DNA of 64,000 nucleotides from an uncultured Gemmatimonadaceae bacterium (GCA_963761305.1 CAVXGK010000002.1:1920001-1984000); one strand, 5' to 3'; positions 41,327 to 51,692 are shown, numbered from the stretch's first letter. Translations and numbers: made by a program. Notes: generated by a model from the sequence alone, not told the origin.

Positions 41327-42103
41327 TCATCCTCCGTTCACGTGGAGCCGCCGCACCGCACGGCTGAACGCCGCGCGCGCGATGACCCAACCCACCAGCG
41401 CCCAAAATGCAAGCGTCACCACCAGCACGCCGGCCGGCATCAGCGGTTCGACCGTCACGAGCGACGCCGGTCCGGCGAGCAGCGCGGGAAACGGCGTGAG
41501 TCGCGCGACGCGAACGAACGGTTCGGGATAGAACTGCAGCGGAAGCAGCAGTCCACCGAGCACGAACAGCAGCTTTTGCCAGATCCAATACGCGGGCGCA
41601 ATGTCGCCGAGCCAGAACGCGGCGACGCCGATGCCGACGTGAAACAGGGTCACGACCATCGCCGCGACCAAGCCGATCGCGATCGCGACTCCGAGCCCCG
41701 CGGGCCGGCCGGGCGGACCGGCGACGCTCCACGCAGCCGCGAACGCGACGACGAGCAAGAGAGGCGCGCGGACGGCCAGCGCGCCGAGCCCGTGCGCCAG
41801 CCGCGCGCCGAGCCACGACGCCGGACGCGTGATTTGATACGCGACGTCGCCACGGCGGATGTCATCCTCGATCTGGAACTGCACTAGCGGAGCGCTCATG
41901 AGAACCCATTCTGTTACGGCGAGATACCACAGCATTTCGCCAGGCGGTCGCCCCGCGGCCGCGCCCGACTCGGCGACGGCCCGCCAGATCGATGAGAAGA
42001 CGCCGAGGATGAGCACGAAGAACAGGGCTCGTCCGAGCAGCTCTCCCGGCTCGGCCCACGCTTGACGAAATCCTAATTTCGCGAACGCCAGATACTTGTT
42101 CAT
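41327..42103 (-). CDS. ABC-2 type exporter permease (DUF990-like)
   Basis: DIRRGDVAYQITRP, GGLLLPLQFYP, C-terminal VNGG. Confidence 0.85.
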   Translation of the reverse strand: MNKYLAFAKLGFRQAWAEPGELLGRALFFVLILGVFSSIWRAVAESGAAAGRPPGEMLWYLAVTEWVLMSAPLVQFQIEDDIRRGDVAYQITRPASWLGARLAHGLGALAVRAPLLLVVAFAAAWSVAGPPGRPAGLGVAIAIGLVAAMVVTLFHVGIGVAAFWLGDIAPAYWIWQKLLFVLGGLLLPLQFYPEPFVRVARLTPFPALLAGPASLVTVEPLMPAGVLVVTLAFWALVGWVIARAAFSRAVRRLHVNGG

Positions 42104-43128
42104 GCCGCCTCCCCCTCCCCGTCTTCTTCATCGTCGTCGGCGCTCCGGTAGATGGACCGGATGATCTCGTCCATCGGTGGGTCGTCGATGACCAAGTCAC
42201 GCAGTGTCGTTTGGCGCAGCACGGCGTCGACGAGCGCGCCGACGGCGGCATCGCCCGCGTCGATCTCGACCGTCGTCCGATGCGGAGCCGTGGACACCAG
42301 GCGCGCGCCGGCTGCCGCGGGTAGCTCGACGTGTTCCGAGGCGGTGAACAGCGTGACCCGGCGCGAGCGCAGGTAGCGGCGTTTCACCTCGCCGACGCTC
42401 GCGTCGAGGAGGATGCGCCCGCCGTGGATGATGACCACGCGGTCGCAGACCTGCTCGATGTCCCCGGTGTCGTGCGACGTCAGCAACAGGGTCGTGCCGT
42501 CTTCGATGGAGCGGCGGTGCAGCAACTCGCGGATCGTCGCCTTCGCGGTCACGTCGAGTCCGATGGTGGGCTCGTCGAGGAACAGCACGCGCGGGCCGTG
42601 CAGCAGACTCGCCGCCACCTCGCAACGCATCCGCTCGCCGAGCGACAGTTGTCGAACCGGCCGGTCCATGAGTGGAGCCAGCTCAAAGGCATCGACGAGC
42701 GCGTCGAGCCGCGCGCGCCATATTGCGCGCGGCAGCTCGTAGACGTGGCCGAGCAACTCGAACGTGTCGCGCGGCGCCAGCTGATACCAGAGCTGCGAGC
42801 GTTGGCCGAACACGGTGCCGATCGCGAAACCGAGTGCGTGTCGATCGCGCCAGGGCACGAGCCCCGCGACCGTCACCGTGCCGCCGCTTGGCGTCAGGAT
42901 GCCGGCGAGAATCTTGAGGGTCGTGGACTTGCCGGCGCCGTTCGGCCCGATGAACGCGACGCGCTCACCCGATTCGACGCGGAACGAGATTCGGTCTACG
43001 GCACGCAGCGGGCCGGCGCGTGGCGCGAACACATCGGCGACGCGCGCGCGCAACCCCGGCCCGCGAGGATTGCGGGTCCGGAACGACTTGCTCAGTTCGT
43101 GAACGTCGACGGCGGCGGCGGCGGACAT
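42100..43128 (-). CDS. ABC exporter ATP-binding protein
   Basis: GPNGAGKST, LSLGERMR, LFLDEPTIGLD, TSHD. Confidence 0.93.
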   Translation of the reverse strand: MSAAAAVDVHELSKSFRTRNPRGPGLRARVADVFAPRAGPLRAVDRISFRVESGERVAFIGPNGAGKSTTLKILAGILTPSGGTVTVAGLVPWRDRHALGFAIGTVFGQRSQLWYQLAPRDTFELLGHVYELPRAIWRARLDALVDAFELAPLMDRPVRQLSLGERMRCEVAASLLHGPRVLFLDEPTIGLDVTAKATIRELLHRRSIEDGTTLLLTSHDTGDIEQVCDRVVIIHGGRILLDASVGEVKRRYLRSRRVTLFTASEHVELPAAAGARLVSTAPHRTTVEIDAGDAAVGALVDAVLRQTTLRDLVIDDPPMDEIIRSIYRSADDDEEDGEGEAA

Positions 43129-43173
43129 GGTCGGCTGCGATTGAGGAATCGCGCCGTCGTCCGAGCCTCCCTG

Positions 43174-43209
43174 AAACTCAAACGCCTTTCCGGGAGACCC
43201 GGAAAGGCG
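43174..43209 (-). terminator. Leader terminator/attenuator hairpin upstream of the ABC operon
   Basis: CGCCTTTCCGGG-TCT-CCCGGAAAGGCG followed by TTTGAGTTT on the minus strand. Confidence 0.75.
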
Positions 43210-43233
43210 CGGAGAACGCGTTCCTGACCGGTC

Positions 43234-43320
43234 CTATGCCGATGACTGCGTACCGGCGACGAAAATCGTGGCGTCGGCCGACATGCAGATCTGCGTGGAC
43301 GGGAGGTATGCGTGGATCAT
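43234..43320 (-). CDS. Putative 28-aa leader peptide MIHAYLPSTQICMSADATIFVAGTQSSA
   Basis: Short ORF between a sigma70-like promoter and the leader hairpin. Confidence 0.4.
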   Translation of the reverse strand: MIHAYLPSTQICMSADATIFVAGTQSSA

Positions 43321-43330
43321 AGTACTAGGC

Positions 43331-43359
43331 ATAGTGTGGGCGAACTCGAGATCTGTCAA
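43331..43359 (-). promoter_or_regulatory. Sigma70-like promoter
   Basis: TTGACA-17 bp-CACTAT on the minus strand. Confidence 0.6.
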
Positions 43360-43451
43360 GTGACCCGTCGATGAGATGCTATAGAACGCTCGCTATCCGA
43401 CCTTCTCGCAGCCCGGAAATCGACCGGGCCTGTTTGAACAGCTGAGGGTGG

Positions 43452-44295
43452 TTAGGGATGCCGGAGCCGGGCGAGGAGACCTCGGATCGAAGACGCCGCG
43501 AACGACGACGACGAGTCCTGTGCCCCGCCCCGACCATCTGCGCGTTGTCTACGGGCGGTCCGCCGATGAACGGAAGAGGGTTCCCGCTCACGGCGACGAC
43601 GTTCCACGAGGCGCCCGTTCCGTTCTTGAGCGCCCACGTGGCGTCGTAACCCGCGCCCGACAGATCCGGGATGTCGAGCGTCCATGTGCTGGACACTGCG
43701 CCGGCGTAGGCCGCGGTCATGAGCAACGACACGGAGTTCGAGTTCTGGGAGAAATCGGCGCCCGCGCCGGCGTTGTACGTCGACTGCGTTGGAACTTGGG
43801 CGCGCAGGCGGAGATACGGCGATGTGCCGAGTGTGGTCACCTTGGCCGCGGCGCCGAGCTGTGGTCCGAGTGAGATCGTCTGCACGCTCACCGAATGTTG
43901 GATCGCCTGAATGAATCGGTAGGCGGTTCCGCCGGATGGCGGCGCGACGAACACCGAAACCTGGTGAAAGTCGCCCGCCTGAAGTTGCGCATCGGGCAGT
44001 CCCATGAACTCGAATCCGAGGTTCGGGCGCGGGGCTTCGGTAAAGGAGAAATACGGATCCGATGGTCCGTTCCCGGTGATCAACGACACCTCCGATTCGC
44101 CTTGGTCGGTTCCGAGGTTCGGAATCACGATCCCGCCGAAAACGGGAGTGAATCCGTCGGTCACATTGTTGTTGCTGAAATCGATGTTTGGAATGTTGGC
44201 GTTGTTCGCGTAATTCGTATGGCGCCGCAGGATCATCCGATCCGTGCCGGGGGCGGACAGCAACGAGCGCGTCGAGATGAGATCGCGCGTCCCCT
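43452..44295 (-). pseudogene. 5'-truncated beta-rich, probably secreted hypothetical protein; additional frameshift near 43525
   Basis: Protein-like frame GTRDLISTRSLLSAPGTDRMILRR... has no signal peptide or RBS and runs into the opposite-strand gene; C-terminus AQDSSSSFAASSIRGLLARLRHP lies in a shifted frame. Confidence 0.55.
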
Positions 44296-44301
44296 TCGAT
44301 C

Positions 44302-44787
44302 GTGAGTCACGGCCGGTCTCTCGGCACGACGGATCTCGGCTTCATCTATCGCCCGGGCGGTTTTCGGTGGGGCTGGCTTCACCTCACGCCGCTGGGCGAG
44401 CGCTACCTCCCGATCGCGACCGGCGTGGCTCCGGCGATGCGCGCCGAGTATCTGCTCGGCCCTGACCCCACACTGCGCGCCGACGTTCTCGCCGCGAACG
44501 ATCGGGCCGAGGCGCTCGATCTGGAGTTGCGGCGCGAGGACGGCGTTTTGATCGAGACAAGTGACATCGGGATCAGCGACACGGAGCATCTGCTCTCCAT
44601 CGCCGCGGCCGCCGAGCACGAAAACGAAGACTGGGAATTGAGCGCCGACGACGAGGCCGAGATCGCCGAGCTCGTAGCCGGCCTCGAAGAGGAATCCTGG
44701 TCCGCGTCCGTCGCGCAGCAAGAGACGACGGCGTTTCAGCGCTACCAAGTTCAGGTTCAGTTGATCGATCCTTTCGACGTTCCCTAG
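44302..44787 (+). CDS. Acidic hypothetical protein (paralog of 38613..39113), first codons apparently missing
   Basis: SHGRSLGTTDLGFIYRPGGFRWGWLH... vs SHGRALGTTDLGFIYRPGGFRCGWLH... Confidence 0.7.
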   Translation: MSHGRSLGTTDLGFIYRPGGFRWGWLHLTPLGERYLPIATGVAPAMRAEYLLGPDPTLRADVLAANDRAEALDLELRREDGVLIETSDIGISDTEHLLSIAAAAEHENEDWELSADDEAEIAELVAGLEEESWSASVAQQETTAFQRYQVQVQLIDPFDVP

Positions 44788-44811
44788 TCAGCCCTCAGTC
44801 TGCCTCGGTAC

Positions 44812-44848
44812 AAAAACAGAGCGGCCGGTGTCGATCGACACCGGCCGC
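44812..44848 (-). terminator. Perfect 28-bp palindrome with T-tract; terminator for the M14 gene
   Basis: GCGGCCGGTGTCGATCGACACCGGCCGC (44821-44848), then TCTGTTTTT on the minus strand. Confidence 0.75.
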
Positions 44849-44870
44849 GGACCAACGGATGCGAGTGGCC

Positions 44871-47800
44871 CTACCTCGCGTCCACCTTCCTCCCCGCATT
44901 CAAGTTGTCAAAGTTCATAATCGTATTGAACACCAGCGGATACGTCCCCAGCGTCTCTCCGCGATAAATCGGGTTGATCGAGAAGAGCACCACGTGCCCC
45001 TTCTCCAACGGCGAATCCACCACCGCCGGCCGCTGCGCGATGTCTCCGCCGCCGCTCAACAACCCTGACACCAACAGATCGTTCTGCGCCGAGTACCGCA
45101 GCGCGACGCGCGGACGCTGATCGGGCGGGATGATGTTGAGCGGATTCCGCAGCTGCTCTTCCGTCGGCACCGCGTACGCCCACGGCTGCACCGTCGGACG
45201 CACCGGCGCCTTGAACCGCTCCTCGAGCGCCGGCCGGCCCTGCACCTCATCGACATCGTCCGGCGTGCCGCGACCCGTCTCGCGGTTCGCGCCACCACCG
45301 CCGCGTCCACCACCAGCCGCGCCACCACCGCCGCCTCCTCCACCGCCACGACCACCGGCGATGCGCGACGCGCTCACGCTGAAGCTCTCGCCGCCATCGG
45401 TGTACGCAGAAATCCCGTCGGCGACGCCGTAGACGATCGGGCTCGCGTCGTCGACGAGGCGCGTGCGAAGGTACGTGCCCGTCACCGTGCCGCGCGCCGG
45501 CGTGCTCATGCCGACGCCATTCGTGAGACCCTCGTCAATCGCGAACTGGCTCGACGCCACGGCCCCGATGTACACGCCACCGTTCTTCACGAACTTCTCG
45601 AGGTTCTCCAAGCCGTCGTAGCCCATGCCCGGCCGAATGTCGTCCGTCTCGGCCATCTTGCCGAGGTTGGGCGTCAGCTCCGTCACCTTCCACGGAATCG
45701 GGTTGCGCCACATCGGCATCCCCTCGATCACCGCGCGGCCGGCGCCGCCGCCGGGGCCGAAGATGATGACGTCGTACTTGGCGTTGAGGTCCGGGATCTT
45801 TTTGAGATCCTGAATGCTGATGTAGTCGAACGGCACGCCGTTGACGTCGAACGCCTGGCGCCACCAACCCTCGGTCTGTGTGTTCTGCCACGTGTGCATG
45901 ATGGCCACGCGTGCCGCGCGCACCGGGTGCATCTTCACACTCGGCGCGCTGGCGACCGCGGTCGCCTTGAGGCCGATTTCTTTCGTCGCGGCGTCGAGGT
46001 CCGACTGCGACACGCCCTTGATGATGAACGAACCACGCTTGAACTGCGTGCCGCTCACATCGAACGACTCCTCAGCGGCCTGGATGTCGGCGCCCTTGAG
46101 CTTGTAGCGCAGCGTGACGAGGCCGTTGTCGCCGTTGGCGTTGATGACGAACGTGTTGCCGCTGCCCCCCCCCGTGACGCCGCCCGGCGCCTTGATCTCC
46201 GCCTTCACCGGTTCCATCGGCGTGTCGAGCACCTTGGCGTCGGTCACGCGGACGGCCGAGACGGCGAAACCTTCGGGGAAGGTCCAGCCGGTGTCGTCGT
46301 ACGGCGTCTTCTGCGGATCGTTCGGTGACCAGAACTGGTAGTCGAGCAGCGCGTCGGCGATGCGCGAGTACGGCTGGTCCATGCGGATGATGTAGCTGCC
46401 CGCCGGAAACTCGCGCGTCTCCGTCTGCGCGGGGGGAGCGCCCTGCTGTTGCGCGTCGGCCGTCTGGGAACCGGCGTCGGCCGTCGCCGCCGCGGCGCCG
46501 CGACCACCACGCCCGCCGCCTCGGCCGCCGCGTCCCTGCGCGACGACCTTGACCGGCAACGTGACGCTGAACGGCGCCGTGGCGCGCGAGATCTCGACGC
46601 GCTGCTTTTGCAGAACTCTCAACAGCTCCGCCTGTGCGCCTGGGCGGGGATCGTTGGCCGTGAGGATGTACGCGGCCGGACCCTCGGTCTTGGCTTTCAG
46701 GATGGAGCGCTTGCTCTTCTCGTAGAAGTTCTCGAGGATCTGGTGGCGGTTGTTGGCGATGTAGCTGAGCGAGACGAGGAGACCCGTCTGTTCATAGTTG
46801 TTGTTGTTGCGCAGCGACCAGTTCACGCGCGGCAGCGGCGGGTCCTGGCGATACCACGTCCGCGACGTCTCATTCGCGCCAAGGATGCGTTCCTGCGTGT
46901 CGGCGTTGCCGCCGTTGCCGAACGTCTCGTAGAGACGCGAGATGCCGTTGTGCGTGGCGGCGATGAACATGAGGTAGCCGGGCGACCACGTATCAAACGT
47001 CCCGTGCGCGAAGACGCCCGGCATGCCGAAGCGCGTCATTTCCTGCACGTTGTTCCAGCCGATGAGCTGCCACTCGTTCGTCACCAACGGGTCGAGCCAC
47101 GAGTTGTAGGGGCCGTCGCCGACGGTGTTGTCGTACATGTAGGCGACCGACTCGTGCAGGTCGTGCAGCACCTGCGCCTTGGAGTCGACGTACTCGTTGA
47201 GGACGTTCTGCGTGAGCTTGAGCGTCATCCCCATCGCGTCGCGGTTGTTGTCGTGACGGACGTAGTGGCCCCAGTAGATGACGTCGGGCGCGACCTGTCC
47301 CGGGTGCGCCTTCTTCCAGTTGTAGACGTCGACCGTACGATCGCGCCCGTCGACCTCGACGATCGGCGTGATGAGCGTGATGACGTGGTCGCGGATGTTC
47401 CTTATATACGGCGCGTCGTCGACCGCCAGACGATACGCCAGCTCCATGAGCGCGGTCGGCGCGCCGGCTTCGGTCGAGTGGATCGTGCCGGTGATGTAGT
47501 AGACGGGCGCGGCGGTGCTGGCGATCTGCGCCGCTTCCTTGTCATTCATCTGAATCGTGCGCGGATCGGCGAGCTTGGCGAGCGCGGCGCGGTTCTGCTC
47601 GTATTTCGCCATGATCGCGTCCGACCCGATCGCCACCGCGATGTGCTCGCGTCCTTCTTCGGTCGTGCCGATCGACCACACCTTCACGCGATTCGGCATC
47701 GCCTTGGCGAGCAGGCGCATGTACTCGTAGACCTCTTTCGAGTACGGCAGCTTGCCCGGCGCGCCGGCGATGTCGCCGAGGACGGCCTTGGGCGTGGGCA

Positions 47801-48020
47801 CGCCGGCCTTGGCCGGCATGTAGTCGACGAGCGGCGACAGGAAGAACGACTCGGTCGTGTACTCCTTGATCTTCTTCGTGTACTCCGAGTCGATCGGCTG
47901 ATTCATCGCTCGGCCCGGCGGCGCGTTCGCCAAGTCCTGCTGAGCATGAGCCGCTGGCGCGACGAATCCGAGCGCGATGAGACCGGCGAGCGTGAAAACC
48001 TGGGCGGAATGACGCCGCAT
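44871..48020 (-). CDS. Secreted M14-family zinc carboxypeptidase with C-terminal amidotransferase-like domain
   Basis: Signal peptide; TIHSTE (HxxE), HDNNRD, LHDLHES; PYDDTGWT. Confidence 0.88.
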   Translation of the reverse strand: MRRHSAQVFTLAGLIALGFVAPAAHAQQDLANAPPGRAMNQPIDSEYTKKIKEYTTESFFLSPLVDYMPAKAGVPTPKAVLGDIAGAPGKLPYSKEVYEYMRLLAKAMPNRVKVWSIGTTEEGREHIAVAIGSDAIMAKYEQNRAALAKLADPRTIQMNDKEAAQIASTAAPVYYITGTIHSTEAGAPTALMELAYRLAVDDAPYIRNIRDHVITLITPIVEVDGRDRTVDVYNWKKAHPGQVAPDVIYWGHYVRHDNNRDAMGMTLKLTQNVLNEYVDSKAQVLHDLHESVAYMYDNTVGDGPYNSWLDPLVTNEWQLIGWNNVQEMTRFGMPGVFAHGTFDTWSPGYLMFIAATHNGISRLYETFGNGGNADTQERILGANETSRTWYRQDPPLPRVNWSLRNNNNYEQTGLLVSLSYIANNRHQILENFYEKSKRSILKAKTEGPAAYILTANDPRPGAQAELLRVLQKQRVEISRATAPFSVTLPVKVVAQGRGGRGGGRGGRGAAAATADAGSQTADAQQQGAPPAQTETREFPAGSYIIRMDQPYSRIADALLDYQFWSPNDPQKTPYDDTGWTFPEGFAVSAVRVTDAKVLDTPMEPVKAEIKAPGGVTGGGSGNTFVINANGDNGLVTLRYKLKGADIQAAEESFDVSGTQFKRGSFIIKGVSQSDLDAATKEIGLKATAVASAPSVKMHPVRAARVAIMHTWQNTQTEGWWRQAFDVNGVPFDYISIQDLKKIPDLNAKYDVIIFGPGGGAGRAVIEGMPMWRNPIPWKVTELTPNLGKMAETDDIRPGMGYDGLENLEKFVKNGGVYIGAVASSQFAIDEGLTNGVGMSTPARGTVTGTYLRTRLVDDASPIVYGVADGISAYTDGGESFSVSASRIAGGRGGGGGGGGGAAGGGRGGGGANRETGRGTPDDVDEVQGRPALEERFKAPVRPTVQPWAYAVPTEEQLRNPLNIIPPDQRPRVALRYSAQNDLLVSGLLSGGGDIAQRPAVVDSPLEKGHVVLFSINPIYRGETLGTYPLVFNTIMNFDNLNAGRKVDAR

Positions 48021-48189
48021 TGGGACAACCTCTTTGGGGCTGCTTGGGAGGGGGACCGCGGGCTGGACTGGCGAGCGTCAAAGGTGATCGCCGCGCGCTT
48101 TGGACGCCAGGGACCTAGCCCCGCCGGCACGCGTTGGGCCGGGTCGCGGCCGTACTCGCGCTCCGTACTGGAGGCCAGCATCAACGAGG

Positions 48190-48295
48190 GGGGGACACGG
48201 ACACAAACGGAGTGAACGGAAACAAACGGAGAAAACAAGAGGCTTTTGTTGTCTCCGTTTTTGTCCGTCTCATCCGTTTGTGTTCGTGTACCCCC
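48190..48295. repeat. Palindromic repeat element, GACACAAACGGA family (copy 2)
   Basis: gggggacacggacacaaacggagtgaacggaaacaaacggagaaaacaa paired with ttgttgtctccgtttttgtccgtctcatccgtttgtgttcgtgtaccccc. Confidence 0.88.
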
Positions 48296-48449
48296 TGTTG
48301 ATCTCCGCCCGGCACCACGACGGAAAACCCGCGCGCGGAGCCCTACCGGACTGAGCGCCACCCGTCGACCGGAACCCGCCAAATTTCCTTCTCGCGGCAT
48401 GAATGTTTTTAGTCTCGCGCCGGTTTCACTTTTGCATGTCCGGGTTGTG

Positions 48450-49499
48450 ATGCGTATAGCCCTGATTGCTCCGCCCTTCATCGAGGTTCCCCCCATTCGC
48501 TATGGCGGGACCGAGTTGTTCATCGGCAACCTCGCGAACGAGCTCCAGTCACTCGGCCACGACGTGACTGTGTATGCCAACGGCGACTCGAAGGTCCACT
48601 GTCGCGTGAAGTGGATCTATCCACACTCCGAGTGGCCGCTCGACGATCCGATGAGGCCCGGCCTCAAGAACGTCGACCACACCGCGTGGGCCATGGCCGA
48701 CGCGGCGCAGTGGGCGGACGTCATCCATCTGAACGACATCGTCGGCGTTCCGTTCACGCGGTTCATCAGCACACCGACCGTGCTGACGATCCACCATCCC
48801 GACGAACCGTCGCTCTCCGAGCAGTACGCGCGCTATCCGGACGTGCACTACGTCGCGATCGCGCAGTGGCTGGCCGAGCGACAGCCGATGCCGTGGGTGC
48901 ACGTGGTGCATCACGGCATCGATCCGGATCGCTACGTCTACTCATCGAACAAGGACGACTACGTCGCGTTCCTCGGGCGCATGGCGCCGGCGAAAGGACC
49001 GCACCTCGCGATCGCCGCGGCGAAAAAGGCCGGCGTGCATCTCAAGCTGGCGGGCGAGATTCAGCCGATCTTTCAGGATTACTGGGACGAGCAGGTCGTT
49101 CCGCTCATCGACGGCGAGCAGATCGAATTCGTCGGCGAAGTCGATCGCCTCAAGAAGAACGCGCTGCTCTCCGGGGCGCGCGCGCTGCTCTTCCCCATTC
49201 AGTGGGAAGAGCCGTTCGGCCTCGTGATGATCGAGTCGATGGCGTGCGGCACGCCGGTGCTCGCGTTGCCCGGCGGCAGCGTGGAGGAGATCGTGCGCGA
49301 CGGCGTGAACGGGTGGATCTGCCGCGACGTCGACGACATGGCGGCGCGCGTCGGCGATCTCGCCATCCCGCCGTCGGTGTGCCGCGACTACATGGTCGAA
49401 CATTTTTCGGTCGCGCGCATGGCCGAGCAATACGTGTCGGTCTACGAAAGCGTGATGGACGGATCTGCCGAAGAGATCGCGTCCGCACAGGAAGCGTGA
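48450..49499 (+). CDS. GT4-family glycosyltransferase
   Basis: MRIALIAPP..VPP..YGGTE, FLGRM...KG, WEEPFGLVMIESMACGTPV. Confidence 0.93.
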   Translation: MRIALIAPPFIEVPPIRYGGTELFIGNLANELQSLGHDVTVYANGDSKVHCRVKWIYPHSEWPLDDPMRPGLKNVDHTAWAMADAAQWADVIHLNDIVGVPFTRFISTPTVLTIHHPDEPSLSEQYARYPDVHYVAIAQWLAERQPMPWVHVVHHGIDPDRYVYSSNKDDYVAFLGRMAPAKGPHLAIAAAKKAGVHLKLAGEIQPIFQDYWDEQVVPLIDGEQIEFVGEVDRLKKNALLSGARALLFPIQWEEPFGLVMIESMACGTPVLALPGGSVEEIVRDGVNGWICRDVDDMAARVGDLAIPPSVCRDYMVEHFSVARMAEQYVSVYESVMDGSAEEIASAQEA

Positions 49500-51692
49500 A
49501 TGGCAGACACCGCAGCCAATGCTGGCGGCGAAGTCATCTCGGTTGGCAACCAGTTCTACATCCTCGCGACCGCGTCCCGCGCGGCCGAGCGCACCGCGGT
49601 TCTTCAGCACGACGACACGTTCGCGGTCTTCGACTACGCGGGCGACATCGGCGCGCTCGGTGCCGCCGAGCAAGGACTCTATAACGAGGGCACGCGCTAC
49701 CTGTCGCGCTTCACGCTCCGCGTCAACGGCAAGCGTCCGCTGATTCTCAGCTCGCGCGTCAAGGAAGACAATGAGCTGTTCATCGCCGACCTGACGAACC
49801 CCGACATCCCGATCGGTCAGACGGGGCAAGTCATTCGCCGCGATCTCGTGCATCTGTTTCGCTCGCGCTTTCTTTGGAAAGACACCTGGTACGAGCGAAT
49901 CCGGCTGTGGAACTACAGCCAGGGCGCGCTCCTCGCGTCGCTCTCGTTCGAGTTCGACGCCGACTTCGCCGACATCTTCGAGGTGCGCGGCACGCCGCGC
50001 GCGAAACGAGGCGAGCGGCTGGAGACCGTGCACTCGGGACGCGAGACGCGCCTGGGCTATCGTGGACTCGACGACGAGACGCGCTGGGCGGTGATCGACT
50101 GGGGGGAAGCGCCGCACGCGACGACGGCGACGCAGGCCGTGTTCGCGTACGACCTCGAGCCCGAGTCGCCGGTGTCGCTCGCGATCGCGATTCGCTGCGA
50201 CCGCGAACAGCGCCGGGTGCCGAAGCGGACCTTCGAATCGGCGCAGTCGGACTGGAGCTCCGAGCTCGAGACGGAGCGCACCGAATACGCGACGATCGAG
50301 ACGTCGAGCGAGCGATTTAACCAATGGGTCCGACGCTCGGCCGCCGACCTGCGCATGCTCGTGGCGAACACGCCGTACGGGCCGTACCCGTACGCGGGCG
50401 TTCCCTGGTTCAGCACTCCGTTCGGCCGCGACGGCGAGATCACGGGACTCCAGACGTTGTGGATCAACCCGGACATCGCGCGCGGCGTGCTCGAGTTTCT
50501 GGCTGCGACGCAGGCCGACAAAGTCGACGAGTCGCGCGAGGCGCAGCCGGGCAAGATCATCCACGAGATGCGCAACAGCGAGATGGCACGGCTCGGCGAA
50601 GTGCCGTTCGGCCGCTACTACGGCAGCGTCGACGCGACGCCACTCTTCGTGGTGCTCGCCGGCGCGTACTGGGACCGCACGGGCGACCGCGCGTTTCTCG
50701 CGCGGATCTGGCCGCACGTCGAACGCGCACTCGACTGGATCGACAACTACGGCGACTGCGACGGCGACGGGTTCGTCGAGTACTCCCGCCACTCGGCGAA
50801 CGGATTGGTGCAGCAGGGGTGGAAGGATTCGTCCGATTCGATCTTCCACGCCGACGGGACGCTCGCCGCCGCGCCGATCGCCCTGTGCGAAGTGCAGGGT
50901 TACGTCTTCGACGCGCGGCTTCGCGCCGCGGCGATGGCCGACGTGCTCGGACACACCGACCGCGGCGTGCATCTGCGGCAACAAGCCGAGGATTTGCGCT
51001 GCGCGTTCGAGGAGCGCTTCTGGTGCGAGGAGATCGGCACCTACGCCATCGCGCTCGACGGGCGAAAGCAGCAGTGTCGCGTGCGCAGCTCGAACGCGGG
51101 GCACGCGCTGTTCAGCCGCATCGCCGACCCGGTGCGCGCGCGACGCGTCGCCGAGCTGCTGGTCAGCGGCGAGATGTTCTCGGGCTGGGGGATTCGAACC
51201 ATCGCGGTGAACGAAGTGCGATTCAACCCGATGGCCTATCACAACGGCTCGGTGTGGCCGCACGACACCGGGCTTTCGGCGGCCGGCTTCTCGCGCTACG
51301 GCTTCGACGATCTCATTTCATCGCCGTTCTCGGGTCTATTCGAGGCGGCCGTCGCCGTCGAGAACCATCGGATGCCCGAGCTCTTCTGCGGATTCCAGCG
51401 GCGCACGGGTGAAGGACCGACGCTGTATCCGGTGGCGTGTTCGCCGCAGGCGTGGGCGTCGGGCGTCGTGTTTCATCTGATCCAGGCCTGTCTCCGCCTC
51501 TCGGTGGACGCGGGAGAGCGCCGTCTCTCGATCGACCGCGCGTCGCTGCCGCCGTTCCTCACGTATTTGCGGCTGATGAATCTTTCGCTGCCCTTCGGGT
51601 CGATCGATCTCTTGTTCGAGCAGCACCTGCTCGACGTGAGCGTGACGGTGCTGCGCAAGCACGGCGACTTCGAGGTCCGGGTGATCAAGTAG
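49500..51692 (+). CDS. Amylo-alpha-1,6-glucosidase/glycogen-debranching-like glycoside hydrolase
   Basis: AGVPWFSTPFGRD, PGKIIHEMR, YYGSVDATPLF, QGWKDS, YHNGSVWPHD, YPVACSPQAWA. Confidence 0.92.
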   Translation: MADTAANAGGEVISVGNQFYILATASRAAERTAVLQHDDTFAVFDYAGDIGALGAAEQGLYNEGTRYLSRFTLRVNGKRPLILSSRVKEDNELFIADLTNPDIPIGQTGQVIRRDLVHLFRSRFLWKDTWYERIRLWNYSQGALLASLSFEFDADFADIFEVRGTPRAKRGERLETVHSGRETRLGYRGLDDETRWAVIDWGEAPHATTATQAVFAYDLEPESPVSLAIAIRCDREQRRVPKRTFESAQSDWSSELETERTEYATIETSSERFNQWVRRSAADLRMLVANTPYGPYPYAGVPWFSTPFGRDGEITGLQTLWINPDIARGVLEFLAATQADKVDESREAQPGKIIHEMRNSEMARLGEVPFGRYYGSVDATPLFVVLAGAYWDRTGDRAFLARIWPHVERALDWIDNYGDCDGDGFVEYSRHSANGLVQQGWKDSSDSIFHADGTLAAAPIALCEVQGYVFDARLRAAAMADVLGHTDRGVHLRQQAEDLRCAFEERFWCEEIGTYAIALDGRKQQCRVRSSNAGHALFSRIADPVRARRVAELLVSGEMFSGWGIRTIAVNEVRFNPMAYHNGSVWPHDTGLSAAGFSRYGFDDLISSPFSGLFEAAVAVENHRMPELFCGFQRRTGEGPTLYPVACSPQAWASGVVFHLIQACLRLSVDAGERRLSIDRASLPPFLTYLRLMNLSLPFGSIDLLFEQHLLDVSVTVLRKHGDFEVRVIK

